Source: Octopus sinensis
Taxonomy: Eukaryota
Reading direction: 5' to 3'
Assembly (NCBI RefSeq): GCF_006345805.1
Contig: NW_021836021.1
Location: forward strand, 1-26,321
DNA length: 26,321 bases
The notes below the pieces were generated by a model. It had not been told where the DNA came from. It saw only the letters and a list, made by a program, of their open reading frames with translations, and made no database searches. Of the stretch, positions 11,445 through 22,151 are shown piece by piece. Within the stretch, counting starts at the first letter, position 1; each line of letters opens with the position of its first letter. The translations under genes were made by a program, and so were the position numbers.

Positions 11445-11965
11445 TATTTCGTCCAACTTTAGATTCGAGTTCAACTTCTGCTAAGGTCGACTTTGCCTTT
11501 AACCTCAACTGGTTAAGGTCAAACAACCGACAAGCAAATCTGTGGCATTGAGCAGAATATTTGCTGTAGCGTATCTTTTATTGCATCAGGGCATGTATTA
11601 TTATTATTGAATAAGTCCTATTCTGCGTTCAAATTCCGCTGAGGTCGCTTTGCTTTATATCCTTTCGGGGGTCGATAAAACAAATACCAGTTGAACACTG
11701 GGGGTCGATGTAATCGACTTACTCCTTCCCACGAACTTGATGGCCTTCACCAAAATCTGAAATCAATGTCGTAATTGGAACCTGTACTTATATAAGGGGA
11801 AAACATTTTTGTTTTCTTATTTCGAATATTATTTTATTATTATTATTATCATTATTATTACTATTTATTACTATCATCATCATCGGGGTCAATGAAATAA
11901 GTACCTGCTACGCACTGGGGTCGATGTAATTGTCTTGCCTTCCATCCCAAAGTTTCAGTCCTTGT
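11445..11965 (+). mobile_element. tRNA-SINE split into two halves (11445-11500 and 11884-11965) by a ~380 bp insertion
   Basis: ...AAGGTCGACTTTGCCTTT | insertion | CGGGGTCAATGAAATAAGTACC..CACTGGGGTCGATGTAATTG; these segments are contiguous in the intact copies at 11640-11715 and 12066-12140. Confidence 0.7.
11504..11884 (+). repeat. Direct duplicate of 12665-~13048 (repeat end + (TTA)n + SINE + unique sequence + (TTA)/(CAT)n)
   Basis: Near-identical with only a handful of differences (e.g. CAACCGAC/CAACTGAC, CCGCTGAG/CCGCCGAG, AAAATCTG/AAAAAATG). Confidence 0.93.
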
Positions 11966-11974
11966 ACCTCTAGT

Positions 11975-12184
11975 AGGCGTCGAGCTGGCAGAATCGTTAG
12001 AACGCCGGGTAAAATGTTTAGCAGTAGATCGTTCGTCTGTACGTTCTGAGTTCAAATTCACCCGAGGTCAGTTTTGCCTTTTATTCTTCCGGAATCGATA
12101 AAATAAATACCAGTTGAACATTGGGGTCGATGTAATTGGCTTAACCCCCTCCCCCGAAATTGCTGCCCATGTGCCAAATTTGAA

Positions 12185-12187
<3 letters not shown>
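11975..12187 (+). mobile_element. Full-length tRNA-derived SINE with (ATT)n tail
   Basis: A-box-like TGGCAGAATCG (11986-96), B-box-like GAGTTCAAATT (12048-58), central TTTGCCTTT..CGATAAAATAAATACCAG block, tail from 12188. Homologues recur throughout the window. Confidence 0.85.
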
Positions 12188-12222
<35 letters not shown>

Positions 12223-12275
12223 TTATTATTATTATTATTATTATTATCATCATCATCATCATCATCATCATCATT

Positions 12276-12755
12276 GAGTGACAGAGCAGTATATGCCATC
12301 AAAGTGACACTGGGGTAAAATATACGAAGCCCAGTATACCCATCATGACTACCCGTCTGATAAGGGTACACCAGGCACATGCATCACAACCATATGTGCG
12401 CGACATGGTGATCTCATATCAAGATAAACAGCACATGACCTTGCAGGTGGAGCCCAGTTAGAATTTACTTCCGGTCGAATAGCTTATCTCGCTCGAAAGG
12501 TCCCTGAATAAATGTTGTTTGTGGATGATGAATAAAACACCCATGTTTTCAAATGGGAATTATCCAAACTCTAAAGAATTGCTCTCAACACATGGCTATG
12601 ATGCTCCCCCACTACTTCTGCTCGTGGTCAGAGATGCACATATCGTCATCCACTAAGGGACATACTCAACTGGTTAAGGTCAAACAACTGACAAGCAAAT
12701 CTGTGGCATTGAGCAGAATATTTGCTGTAGCCCATTTTTTATTGCATCAGGGCAT
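12276..12755 (-). mobile_element. ~480 bp non-coding retroelement-derived repeat with (AAT)n/(GAT)n tail, copy 1
   Basis: Colinear and highly similar to 24093-24541; no ORF; TTA-type repeats on both sides. Orientation inferred from tail position. Confidence 0.75.
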
Positions 12756-12780
12756 GTATTATTATTATTGAATAAGTCCT

Positions 12781-12925
12781 ATTCTGCGTTCAAATTCCGC
12801 CGAGGTCGCTTTGCTTTATATCCTTTCGGGGGTCGATAAAACAAATACCAGTTGAACACTGGGGGTCGATGTAATCGACTTACTCCTTCCCACGAACTTG
12901 ATGGCCTTCACCAAAAAATGAAATC
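12781..12925 (+). mobile_element. tRNA-SINE fragment (source of the 11620-11763 duplicate)
   Basis: TTCTGCGTTCAAATTCCGCCGAGGTCGCTTTGC..GGGGTCGATAAAACAAATACCAG..GGGGTCGATGTAATCG. Confidence 0.8.
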
Positions 12926-12999
12926 AATGTCGTAATTGGAACCTGTACTTATATAAGGGGAAAACATTTTTGTTTTCTTATTTCGAATATTATTTTATT

Positions 13000-13036
13000 A
13001 TTATTATTATCATTATTATTATTACTATTTATTACT

Positions 13037-13092
<56 letters not shown>

Positions 13093-13136
13093 TATTATTA
13101 TTTTTATTATAATTATTATTGTTATTATTATTATTA

Positions 13137-13186
<50 letters not shown>

Positions 13187-13200
13187 CATTATTATTATCA
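13000..13200. repeat. (TTA)n/(CAT)n microsatellite
   Basis: Directly visible. Confidence 0.95.
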
Positions 13201-13429
13201 GAGTCAGAAACTGTAGAATGTCGGAATAAATGCATGAATTTGTTTTCCAAATCTGCATAGGTCGTTTTACGTTACGAGTGTCGGCGATGTCCTAGCAGAG
13301 GTCAATGTCTTCGATAATGGCCAGCATTTCAAAATGATCATTATGAAGCATTTAACTTTATGGAAAAAATATGAGATTATGGAACGCCATATGTTTACAT
13401 GATGCAGTCTGTCAAAAATTCTGCAAACT

Positions 13430-13630
13430 GAAGCCTGTACCAGGTCGCTCGGCATGCTAGAAGCAACAGCGAAATCTCCCTGAAATCACAACCGACCATC
13501 TTACAAAATAAACAAGTTGGTTAATTTGGGTTTGAGTTGCTTGTATGCAGGAATAAGACGAGCAGGTCACGGTGGGAAAGCTTTAGATCTGCTCATTACA
13601 TGCTTACCTGGGGCTAAACAAATATAAAAA
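13430..13630 (+). mobile_element. SINE-like repeat 3' portion
   Basis: CTAGAA..A(T/C)AGC..AAATC..TCAC.. and terminal CCTGGGGCTAAACAA; weakly similar block at 23245-23400. Family recognised from memory only. Confidence 0.45.
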
Positions 13631-13749
13631 CGACACTGTTTATCTGATTTGAGAACTGCGTAGAAAGAAGCAGACTGGTTTTCTAAGCCTGCTTCGTTCT
13701 GTATTAAAATGTCATCGACTCAAGGTTAATGGTTTTGTGCAGCCTAAGT

Positions 13750-14297
13750 CATGTGATGGTTACGTTGGAATGGTGGTGGAGGCTTGTTGGTAGTGCTCAT
13801 TAAGGTGGGGATGGCTACGGTGCTGATGATAGTGACAGTAGCGTGGTGGTGGTGGTGGTGGGGGAGTGATGTTGGTGGTGGAGGGATTGTGGAGGAGGTT
13901 CTGGTGAGGGGGAATTGTGGTGGTGGTGGGAATTGTAGTGGTGGTGGGGATAGAGGTGAAGGTGGCGTTGATGATGGTAGTGGTGGTGGTGGTGGTGTGT
14001 TTTGATGGGGTGGTGGTGTTGATGATGATAATAGTGGCAATGGTGGTGGTAGTGATGATGGTGATGGTGGTGATGATGATGGTGGTGCTGATGATGGCAG
14101 TAGTGCAGTGGTGTTGTTGTTTTTGGTGGTGGTGGTGGTGTCGGCGGCAGCGGCAGCGGTGGCGGCGTCGGTGGTGGTGGTGACGGTGGTGCTGTTAGTG
14201 ATATTCGTTATCCCGGTGATTTTGCTTAAGGTGGGGATAGTTTCAGAAACAATGAGATTGCAGAAGTGTTGATGTTGTTGTTGTTGTTGTTGTTGTT

Positions 14298-14330
<33 letters not shown>
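13750..14330. repeat. G/T-rich trinucleotide low-complexity tract (GGT/GAT/GTT)
   Basis: Directly visible. Confidence 0.9.
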
Positions 14331-14392
14331 CGTTGATTCGTCGGGAAGCCGAGAAGGAACTGTACCCACGGCCCTTACAACCCCTCTCTTAC

Positions 14393-14443
14393 CGTTACTT
14401 ATAATACTATAATATTCCCCCTTGGATACTTTCTGGTTGACAG
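14393..14443 (-). CDS. Candidate 51-nt exon of an unidentified minus-strand gene
   Basis: Branch point gCTAAC (A at 14462, -19), pyrimidine tract, TAG acceptor (14444-45), donor AACG|GTAAGA (GT 14391-92). Phase 1-1 open frame (x)VNQKVSKGEYYSIISN(G). No protein recognised. Confidence 0.45.
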
Positions 14444-14979
14444 CTATAGGGGATAAAAATGTTAGCAGGAAGGAAGGACTGGGCGTCATGGTCGCTAACC
14501 GGCCATGGATGAGGACAGAAACCGAGAAAAATCAGGTGAGGATGCCTGAATGAAGGACATGCAGGTGAGGCGGGCGAATTACGCTTGGTCTCTTACTCCT
14601 CGGGCAAGGAGGTACTGGCGTTTGTTACGTACCTCTCACGTGTTTCACATGATGGGCTTGTTTTTAATTTTCTTCTGGCTCACCATGAAAGCAACGCTGC
14701 TGTTTTTTGAAATTACCGTCCTTGGGAGTATTTCATCAATTGCTACAGTATCTGCTGTCTACTTATACAAATGAATCCATATTCTTGTTCTTTTAATCTT
14801 TGCAATTTCGAAACATTTAAAGAAATTCTGTCTTTTTGCTTATGGATTTCTTTTCGGAGAGAAAACAAACAAAAAAGTACAAATGATTCGATTCGAGTTT
14901 CAATTCGATTTGAAACTCTCATCAGAGAATATGTACACCTCTTCTTGACCCATACAAATATGCTACGAATATTTCAAAT

Positions 14980-15455
14980 AGGAGCTAGCGTGGCGGTGTG
15001 GTAAGAAGCTTACTTCCCAACCGCATGGTTCTGGGCTCAGTCCCACTGCGTGGCACATTGGGCAAGTGTTTTCTACTATACACTCGGACTGACCAATGTG
15101 TTGTGTGTGGACTTGGTGAACTGAAACATAAACCTGTCATATGCGTGAGGGGGTGTGCGTGCGTGCGTGTGTCGATGTGGGTGTGTGTATATGTGTGTAT
15201 GTGTTTATGTGTATTTGTGTGTGGATGTGTGTGTGTGTCTTTTGTGCCTATGTTTGTCCTCCACCACTACTTGACAATCAGTGCTGGTGGGTTTATGTTC
15301 CCATAACTTAGCGGTTCGGCAAAACGAGACCAATCGAATAAGTGCAAATCTGAAACGAAAAAATAAGTACTGGAGTTTATTTACTCGTCTAAGAATTCCT
15401 TCAAGACAGTGTTCTAGCATGGCCGCAGCCAGATGACTGAAACAAGTAAAAGATA
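14980..15455 (+). mobile_element. CORE-like tRNA-derived SINE (OR2-type) with internal (GT)n
   Basis: A-box GTGGCGGTGTGG, B-box-like GGGCTCAGTCCC, CORE-like TTGGGCAAGTG..CTACTATA, internal (GT)n 15150-15240; 3' part shared with 7593-7738. Confidence 0.82.
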
Positions 15456-15609
15456 GAAAGCACACACAATATAACTGTAGCAATAAATTGTAAGCTCTAA
15501 TTTGCATAAATTTAAATGTCTGAACTCGTTGCTAAGCTGAATAGTTACGTATTTCTCCGCGACCATAAGGATGGATACAGGACCTGTTCAGTTGACAATG
15601 CAGAAAATC

Positions 15610-16111
15610 AAAACTGGTGTAAAATAAATAGTAACAAGAACACTAAAAATGAAACTGACCACTCTCAAAAATTAAACAAAAAATAAAAGGAGAAATAATC
15701 CAGAATCCTTGTCCGGTACCTGGTCGATCCCTAAAATGGTAGTCATGGAATGTGAAGGTGGTTGTAGAAAATTTAGTGACCGTAATAAATAGTTTATTCT
15801 TATCTAATACAAACCAAAGTTAATAAATCCACCATTTAAAATAGTTACAGCCTAAAGGGAGATAATTGAGAAAGATTCGAAAGTTAACGTAAGATCGTAA
15901 TCATGTAAAGTAAAGTATATGTAACAAATAATCAAGAAACCTCTCCGGTACCAGATCGATCCCAAAATCTAATCAGTTCGTGACAGTCACGAGGCCAAAC
16001 TTCCCTGGAAGTTTCATTCGAATCCATCCAGCGGTTTTTAAAATATCTTGTCCACGGAAAACAAACAAAAGCGACTGAAAACTACTTCTGCCTTCGCTAA
16101 AGCGGAAGTAA
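15610..16111 (-). mobile_element. Helentron/DINE-1-like non-autonomous element (HINE)
   Basis: Terminal hairpin TACTTCTGC(16083-91)/GCGGAAGTA(16102-10), adjacent (GTTT)n-like run, and an internal ~40 bp repeat (15697 and 15930: AATC.AGAA.CC..TCCGGTACC.G.TCGATCCC.AAA). Left boundary uncertain; class is inference from architecture. Confidence 0.55.
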
Positions 16112-16151
16112 CAAGAAATTCCAATGTGTCGGTGTTGTTTGTTTGCAAATA

Positions 16152-16478
16152 TAGTTATCCCTCGCCATATCGCGGTTCAGTTATCGCAGTTCACCTATTG
16201 CGGTTCACCTATCACGGTTCGCTTATCACGGTTCACCTGTCACGGATCACCTATCACGGTTCACCTATCGATTCCTCTGTAGTGTTGTTTTGCATTTATG
16301 AGAAAACAAATAAATACAATTATAAAAATAGTTATAAAAAATATGCAGTACGGTTTCTACTTCGCGGATTTTCATCTATCGCGGATTTTCATCTATCGCG
16401 GATTTTCATCTATCACGGATTTTCATCTATCGCGGGGGTGTTTGGAACGTAACACCCACAATAGTCGAGGGATTACTA
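16152..16478. mobile_element. pogo/Tigger-type MITE with internal 14- and 17-bp tandem repeats
   Basis: TA+TAGTTATCCCTCG ... CGAGGGATTACTA+TA terminal inverted repeat. Subterminal arrays TATC(A/G)CGGTTCACC x~7 (16169-16270) and TATCGCGGATTTTCATC x~4.5 (16360-16437). Confidence 0.85.
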
Positions 16479-16559
16479 TAGATGAGATTTTGGTTAAACC
16501 CATAGTTGTATGAAACGCAACCATGGCTTTATCCTGAATATCAATTGCTTACGGCACTA

Positions 16560-16850
16560 TTTAACCGTTACGTTGTCTATCAGAGAATAAAGATATCAGA
16601 TAGACAAATTATGAAACCCAAAAATATACGCCAGAAAGGACATCTGATATAAAATGTTATCTGATAGGCAATTATAGCACATGGAAAAGGTATCAGATAG
16701 CTTTTTCTTTTAGCTAACCTTACAATGTTTACTACGTGATAACTTTTCTATCAACATAACTTTTCTATCTGATATCTTTATTATTTAATAACTTTTCGCC
16801 CTGATAGCTTTTCTATCTAATACCGTTCCTATCAGATAACTCGTCGATCT
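16560..16850. repeat. Inverted-repeat element rich in (T)ATC(A/T)GATA motifs
   Basis: Perfect 19-bp inverted repeat AATAAAGATATCAGATAGA (16586-16604 / 16764-16782) plus tandem ATA(A/G)CTTTTCTATC units. Confidence 0.6.
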
Positions 16851-17014
16851 GATTCCAAAATCTCGGACACCATTGCATGGTTTTCTCCATTGACTCAGTA
16901 CCTGATGGACAATAATTCGATTCCAACGACAGAATTGGTTGGAAATGTGACCGAATACAATGAACACGAGGAATGCTTCTTTGTTTTTCAATCTATCTGC
17001 ATTTCCCACAACTT

Positions 17015-17055
<41 letters not shown>

Positions 17056-17195
17056 GTATCTCTCTCTCTCTCTCTCTCTTTCCCAAAGAGTCTTTCTCTC
17101 GTTTCTTATTCCTTACGTTTTCCATCTCTCTCCACTTCTCATTCTCGCTATATCTATCTCACTGTTTATCTCTCTACCTGTCTCTCCCCGCTATG

Positions 17196-17229
<34 letters not shown>

Positions 17230-17404
17230 AGACAGAGACAGATTAATAGAGAAATAGAAATATTGATATACAAATATATACGTATTTAAATATACATTTG
17301 CACACATGTATATATATATAAACCTATTTATATATATATAAACAATATATATTATATATATAAACATATTTATATAAATATATATATTTTTACATATATA
17401 TATA

Positions 17405-17459
<55 letters not shown>

Positions 17460-17550
17460 TACCACTTCTCTACTCTTGTACACATTTTCTTTCACTCTCA
17501 TTTTCTCTCACTCTCTCTCTCTCTCACTCTCTCTCTTTCTCTCTCTCTCT
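17015..17550. repeat. (CT)n, (AT)n, (CATA)n compound microsatellites
   Basis: Directly visible. Confidence 0.9.
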
Positions 17551-17943
17551 CCAGTTCTAAGATAAGTAAACCTCGGTCTATAATTCTAAATTAGTGTCTC
17601 TTTATCCAAACCAATAACGAAGGATAATACTTCTCCTTCGTTCTTTTACCATTTGAATAAAGAACCAATTCAAAAACTCTTGGACGACGGAAACTAAGAT
17701 TTAACAATTTGTTTTTGATCAAATGGGAATTGGACCAGAATAAAAAGAAGAAGAAAAAAAAACAAAAACAAACAGAAAGAGAAGCAAACCGGAAGAAGAT
17801 TTTTCTCGCTGTATTAATAATTTATTTATTCATAACGTTGATAAATGATCATTTAAAGAATGAGACGTTTATAGAAAAGCTTGGAATATATTTGTTACAC
17901 AGTGTACATCAATCTAGCAATCGTTATAGAATTATGTGTGAGT

Positions 17944-18382
<439 letters not shown>

Positions 18383-18383
18383 T

Positions 18384-19869
18384 GTTTCTTTATTGGCGAC
18401 ACAGGGCTGAACACAGAGGGGATAAAATACAAAGTAGAGCTTTTCTTTTGGGAAAGGAAAGAAAAAAAGGTGGGTAGAATTTCGATCAAAAGGGATCGTT
18501 AAAAGAAAGGTGGGAAGCCGATCAATAGGGATCGTGTATCACTTAAATGTCATACGGTAAAATGGGAAATAGATTAGGTTTATCCGTGGAAAGAAAAGCC
18601 TACGGAAAAGACCACGGTAACCTCGGGCAATAATGTCATGCAAAAAACATATCACAGTGACTCTCCTTTTTCCTTTCTTTTTCAGGTTCATAGGATTATG
18701 CTCAAGGTGGCTCCGTCATTAACACGTGCTTCCTTGCTACATTCACCCATCATTTTTTAAGCATTCACTAGACAAAACTACCCTCTCTACTCTCCCTTCT
18801 TTTTCAAGTGATACTTGAAAACGTTGACGAGAGATTGATCAGAGAGGAAAGTGTTTGTCTCTAGACCTTTCAGACGCATACACCATACACATTCTTTCTC
18901 CATTGCCACAAGTATGATGAAAATGGCTCTTCCTTCCCATTTCAAGGAAAGAGGCGTGACAATATTCACGATAGACTTGGTTGATAAACGACAGCAGTCG
19001 TTCGACATAGGCCCACAGGTCGGAAATGGTTGGACACTGTACGAGTGCGTACAAAACGGTTTCGTCGCTCTGACCGCATCTCGGGCAGGTCGGCCCCGTG
19101 TTTCTCGAGCCGTGTCTGTAGAGCTTATCCCGAACGGGTAGCGCTTCTCGGTAGCACTGCCAGGCCAGGGATCTCTGGAAGTTGTCCATAAGTCCTGGCC
19201 CGAAAGTCGTTCTGAACAGGTGGGTCAGATATTCCTCGTCGACGCCCAGGTTCGCCCCAAGATCGTCGTCGTACCTCCCCTCCACTAATCCCCTATAGAA
19301 TGCTTTGGTTGTGTTGAAGTCGCTCAAGATCGACCCGGGATGGCATAGTTGCGTGAGAGCAACGCGACACTCTCGGTGCCATTCGCCTTTCCTCGGCCTC
19401 TTTTTGATCCACGACTGCAGTTCGGTCATGGAGACGAGCTGCGGGAAAGCGTGCCTCACAAACGGCGACCACACCTGTTCACCGTCGTCTACGAAGAGCC
19501 TGAGATGTCGCAGTCTCAGCGCGTGTCTGCACATCATCAACCACGGCATGCCCAGTCCTCCTTTTAACGGGTGTTGACAGCAAATGAATCACCTTACCAT
19601 CGGGACGCATCCTTTCCACAAGAAGCGAATGAGAATGCGTTCTAGTTTAGTGATGGTAGGGTCGGGACAAGGCACGACGGTCAGGCGGTAGTAGATGAGG
19701 GACGCGATGTACGAGTTCGCCACCTCCGCCCGACCTTTTAGAGACAGTTTGCCCGGCGGGAGTGACCACCCTACTCGTTATCTCGTTCCAGTTCTTCTCC
19801 GTTTGGATGTTCGGACCAAACCAGGAGAAGAACTTGAACGAGATAACGAGTAGGGTGGTCACTCTCGCC
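18384..19869 (-). mobile_element. Tx1/L1-clade LINE, 5'-truncated (copy 2), with fold-back at the 5' end
   Basis: Minus strand WFGPNIQTEKNWNEITSRVVT / KLSLKGRAEVANSYIASLIYYRLTVVPCP..LERILIRFLWKG..CCQHPLKGGLGMP.. LAWQCYREALPVRDKLYRHG..CPRCGQSDETVLYALVQCP (zf-RVT). AATAAA at 18389-94; GATA repeats on both flanks. Confidence 0.92.
18688..19823 (-). pseudogene. Decayed Tx1/L1 ORF2 C-terminal region (post-RT region + zf-RVT)
   Basis: Includes track ORF 18839..19549; in-frame stop near 19590 and frameshifts; ~19 bp deletion relative to copy 1 near 18985. Confidence 0.85.
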
Positions 19870-19912
19870 ACAGACAGAAGGATAGATAGATAATGAGAGA
19901 TATGAATATATT

Positions 19913-19949
<37 letters not shown>

Positions 19950-20363
19950 AAAGGTATATAGATATATCCAGATGTACATGTAAGAGTGTTTACGTGAGAA
20001 TGGGTATATATATATAAATATGTGTGTGTGTGCATGTGCGTACATTTGTGTGCAAGTGTCCGAAACTATATACATATATATACACACACACATGCACACA
20101 CATTTATATACTCAGTTAGATTGATAGACACATTGACATGCAGACAGGCATACAGACAGTTTGAGACATAAATACATAGATCAGAAGAAAAGGTAGGACA
20201 TATGGACACATGCATATATATGCATGTGTATGTGAGAGAGAGGGGGAGAGAGGAGATAGAGAAGGATAGAGAGAGTATGTGTGTGCGTACGCGCCCGTGT
20301 CTGTGTGTGCCTGTGCATCTGTGTGTATTGACACACATGCAATGATATTCATGCCTATATACA

Positions 20364-20401
<38 letters not shown>

Positions 20402-20485
20402 GAATGTACGTTTGTATGGTCATTGAATCCATAATTTAATATCGCTTTTTGAGATCACATACATGTAGACAAAATGTGTGTGTGT

Positions 20486-20524
<39 letters not shown>

Positions 20525-20546
20525 GTGTTGTGTGCGCGCGTGTGTG

Positions 20547-20586
<40 letters not shown>

Positions 20587-20867
20587 GTGTGTGTGTATGT
20601 CTACGTGTGGGTATATATAAATGAATAAGTGATGAACCAGCTGTTGTTGAGAGTAACTAAAATACTTCTGTGCTAAGTAGAAAACTGGAATAAATTCTTG
20701 AAAAATCACCTCCGAGAATCAGGATGGATAAAAAAATTCATAGAGACAAGGAGAAGCTGAACGGAAATCGTTTTTATTTCAGATAAGTTAGTCGTCTTCG
20801 AATGAGAAGAAGAAGAACATGCCGCAAAACACCCAAAGTATTAAAATATATGTATTGTATCCTAGGT

Positions 20868-20913
<46 letters not shown>

Positions 20914-21263
20914 AATATATAATATATATATATATATAATATATATATATATATAGAGATAGATATATAGAGAGATATGTATATGTACGCATATCTATAT
21001 ATATTATATAATATATATAATATATATATTAGTTAACGTATTTTTAGATACAGGAGAGTATATATAATCTATATATATATATACATACATTACTATCAAT
21101 ACATATGTAATACATAACAAAAATTGCATATACATAACATAGTATCATTATATATAGTTTATGTATATATACTTATGTATACGTAATATGTATATTAATA
21201 TAGATTATATATATAGATATATATATATACGTATGTATACGTACATATGTATGTATATATATA

Positions 21264-21327
<64 letters not shown>

Positions 21328-21336
21328 CACACAACC

Positions 21337-21367
<31 letters not shown>

Positions 21368-21616
21368 ACACATACACACAAATATATATATATATATTAT
21401 ATATATATATATGCATACATACATATATACAAAAATCTGCCCATACATATACACGTCAGTGTGTGCATGTATGGCTTGTGTGTGTGTATATATATGTGAA
21501 TACATGGACGGAAATACTTCTGTATTTATATTTCACCAATACGCATTAGTACAATACCGCATGTAAATGGCATCATATATATGCGTATATACACATATGT
21601 ATATATACATCTATGT

Positions 21617-21701
<85 letters not shown>

Positions 21702-21720
21702 TTGTATACGTTTATATATG
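19870..21720. repeat. Mosaic of (AG)n, (GT)n, (AT)n, (CA)n microsatellites with short unique islands
   Basis: Directly visible. Confidence 0.88.
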
Positions 21721-21828
21721 CCTTTTTGTTTGTTTATAAGCAAGAACATTCTTATATACATATACCAGCATGCAACGATTAATGCGCCCTAGGATCCAAT
21801 GCGACAGCTCCTAATTATTTATATCGCA

Positions 21829-21881
21829 TATATGCAAATAGGAGGATTATTTGCATATAACAGAACTCTCGTATAACGTCA
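21829..21881. promoter_or_regulatory. Inverted octamer pair plus CRE-like site (candidate enhancer)
   Basis: ATGCAAAT (21832-39) and ATTTGCAT (21849-56) in a perfect 12-bp inverted repeat with 7-nt spacer; TAACGTCA (21874-81). Confidence 0.3.
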
Positions 21882-22039
21882 TATGGCTTCTTGTTGTAGC
21901 TGCTGCCATTGGACATCTACTCGACGGAATGGTAAAAAAAAGGAGACCCTTTGTCTTACACTATGGAGCCCACTGGGTAATTAAACGACCACGAGGTTTC
22001 TTGGACGGCCTTACTAGCTGAAACTCAATATTGTACGTG

Positions 22040-22072
22040 GATATAGATAGATAGAGAGGAAGAGAGAGAGAC

Positions 22073-22151
<79 letters not shown>

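Noticed and set aside
11975-12070. tRNA gene
   Set aside because: A/B boxes belong to a SINE head; no cloverleaf or T-run terminator. No rRNA, tRNA or CRISPR array was seen in the window.
12355-12390. CTGATAAG as a possible second hammerhead core (also CTGATAAC at ~24175)
   Set aside because: No GA at core positions 8-9 and no downstream GAAA or stems.
13744-14297. ~185-codon stop-free minus frame (Q/T/A/S/P/H-rich), longer than the track ORF
   Set aside because: Trinucleotide low complexity; a TAA interrupts the poly-CAA run and there are stops just upstream; no credible start or splice site.
14550-14774. 74-aa + strand ORF with two hydrophobic stretches (possible small membrane protein)
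   Set aside because: No recognisable family. It overlaps stronger minus-strand splice signals, and hydrophobic antisense frames are common. Not excluded without ribosome profiling.
16169-16437. Short direct-repeat arrays as CRISPR-like
   Set aside because: No unique spacers; they lie inside a TIR-bounded MITE in eukaryotic DNA.
16860-17010. Short unique stretch with open frames on both strands
   Set aside because: No convincing acceptor/donor pair; the frame runs into (CT)n.
17616-17642. Perfect 9-bp hairpin AACGAAGGA/TCCTTCGTT
   Set aside because: An isolated short inverted repeat is expected by chance in 26 kb; no context.
20700-20800. Minus-strand ACTAAC..CAG acceptor with GAG|GTGATT donor (47 nt)
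   Set aside because: Poor pyrimidine tract and weak donor.
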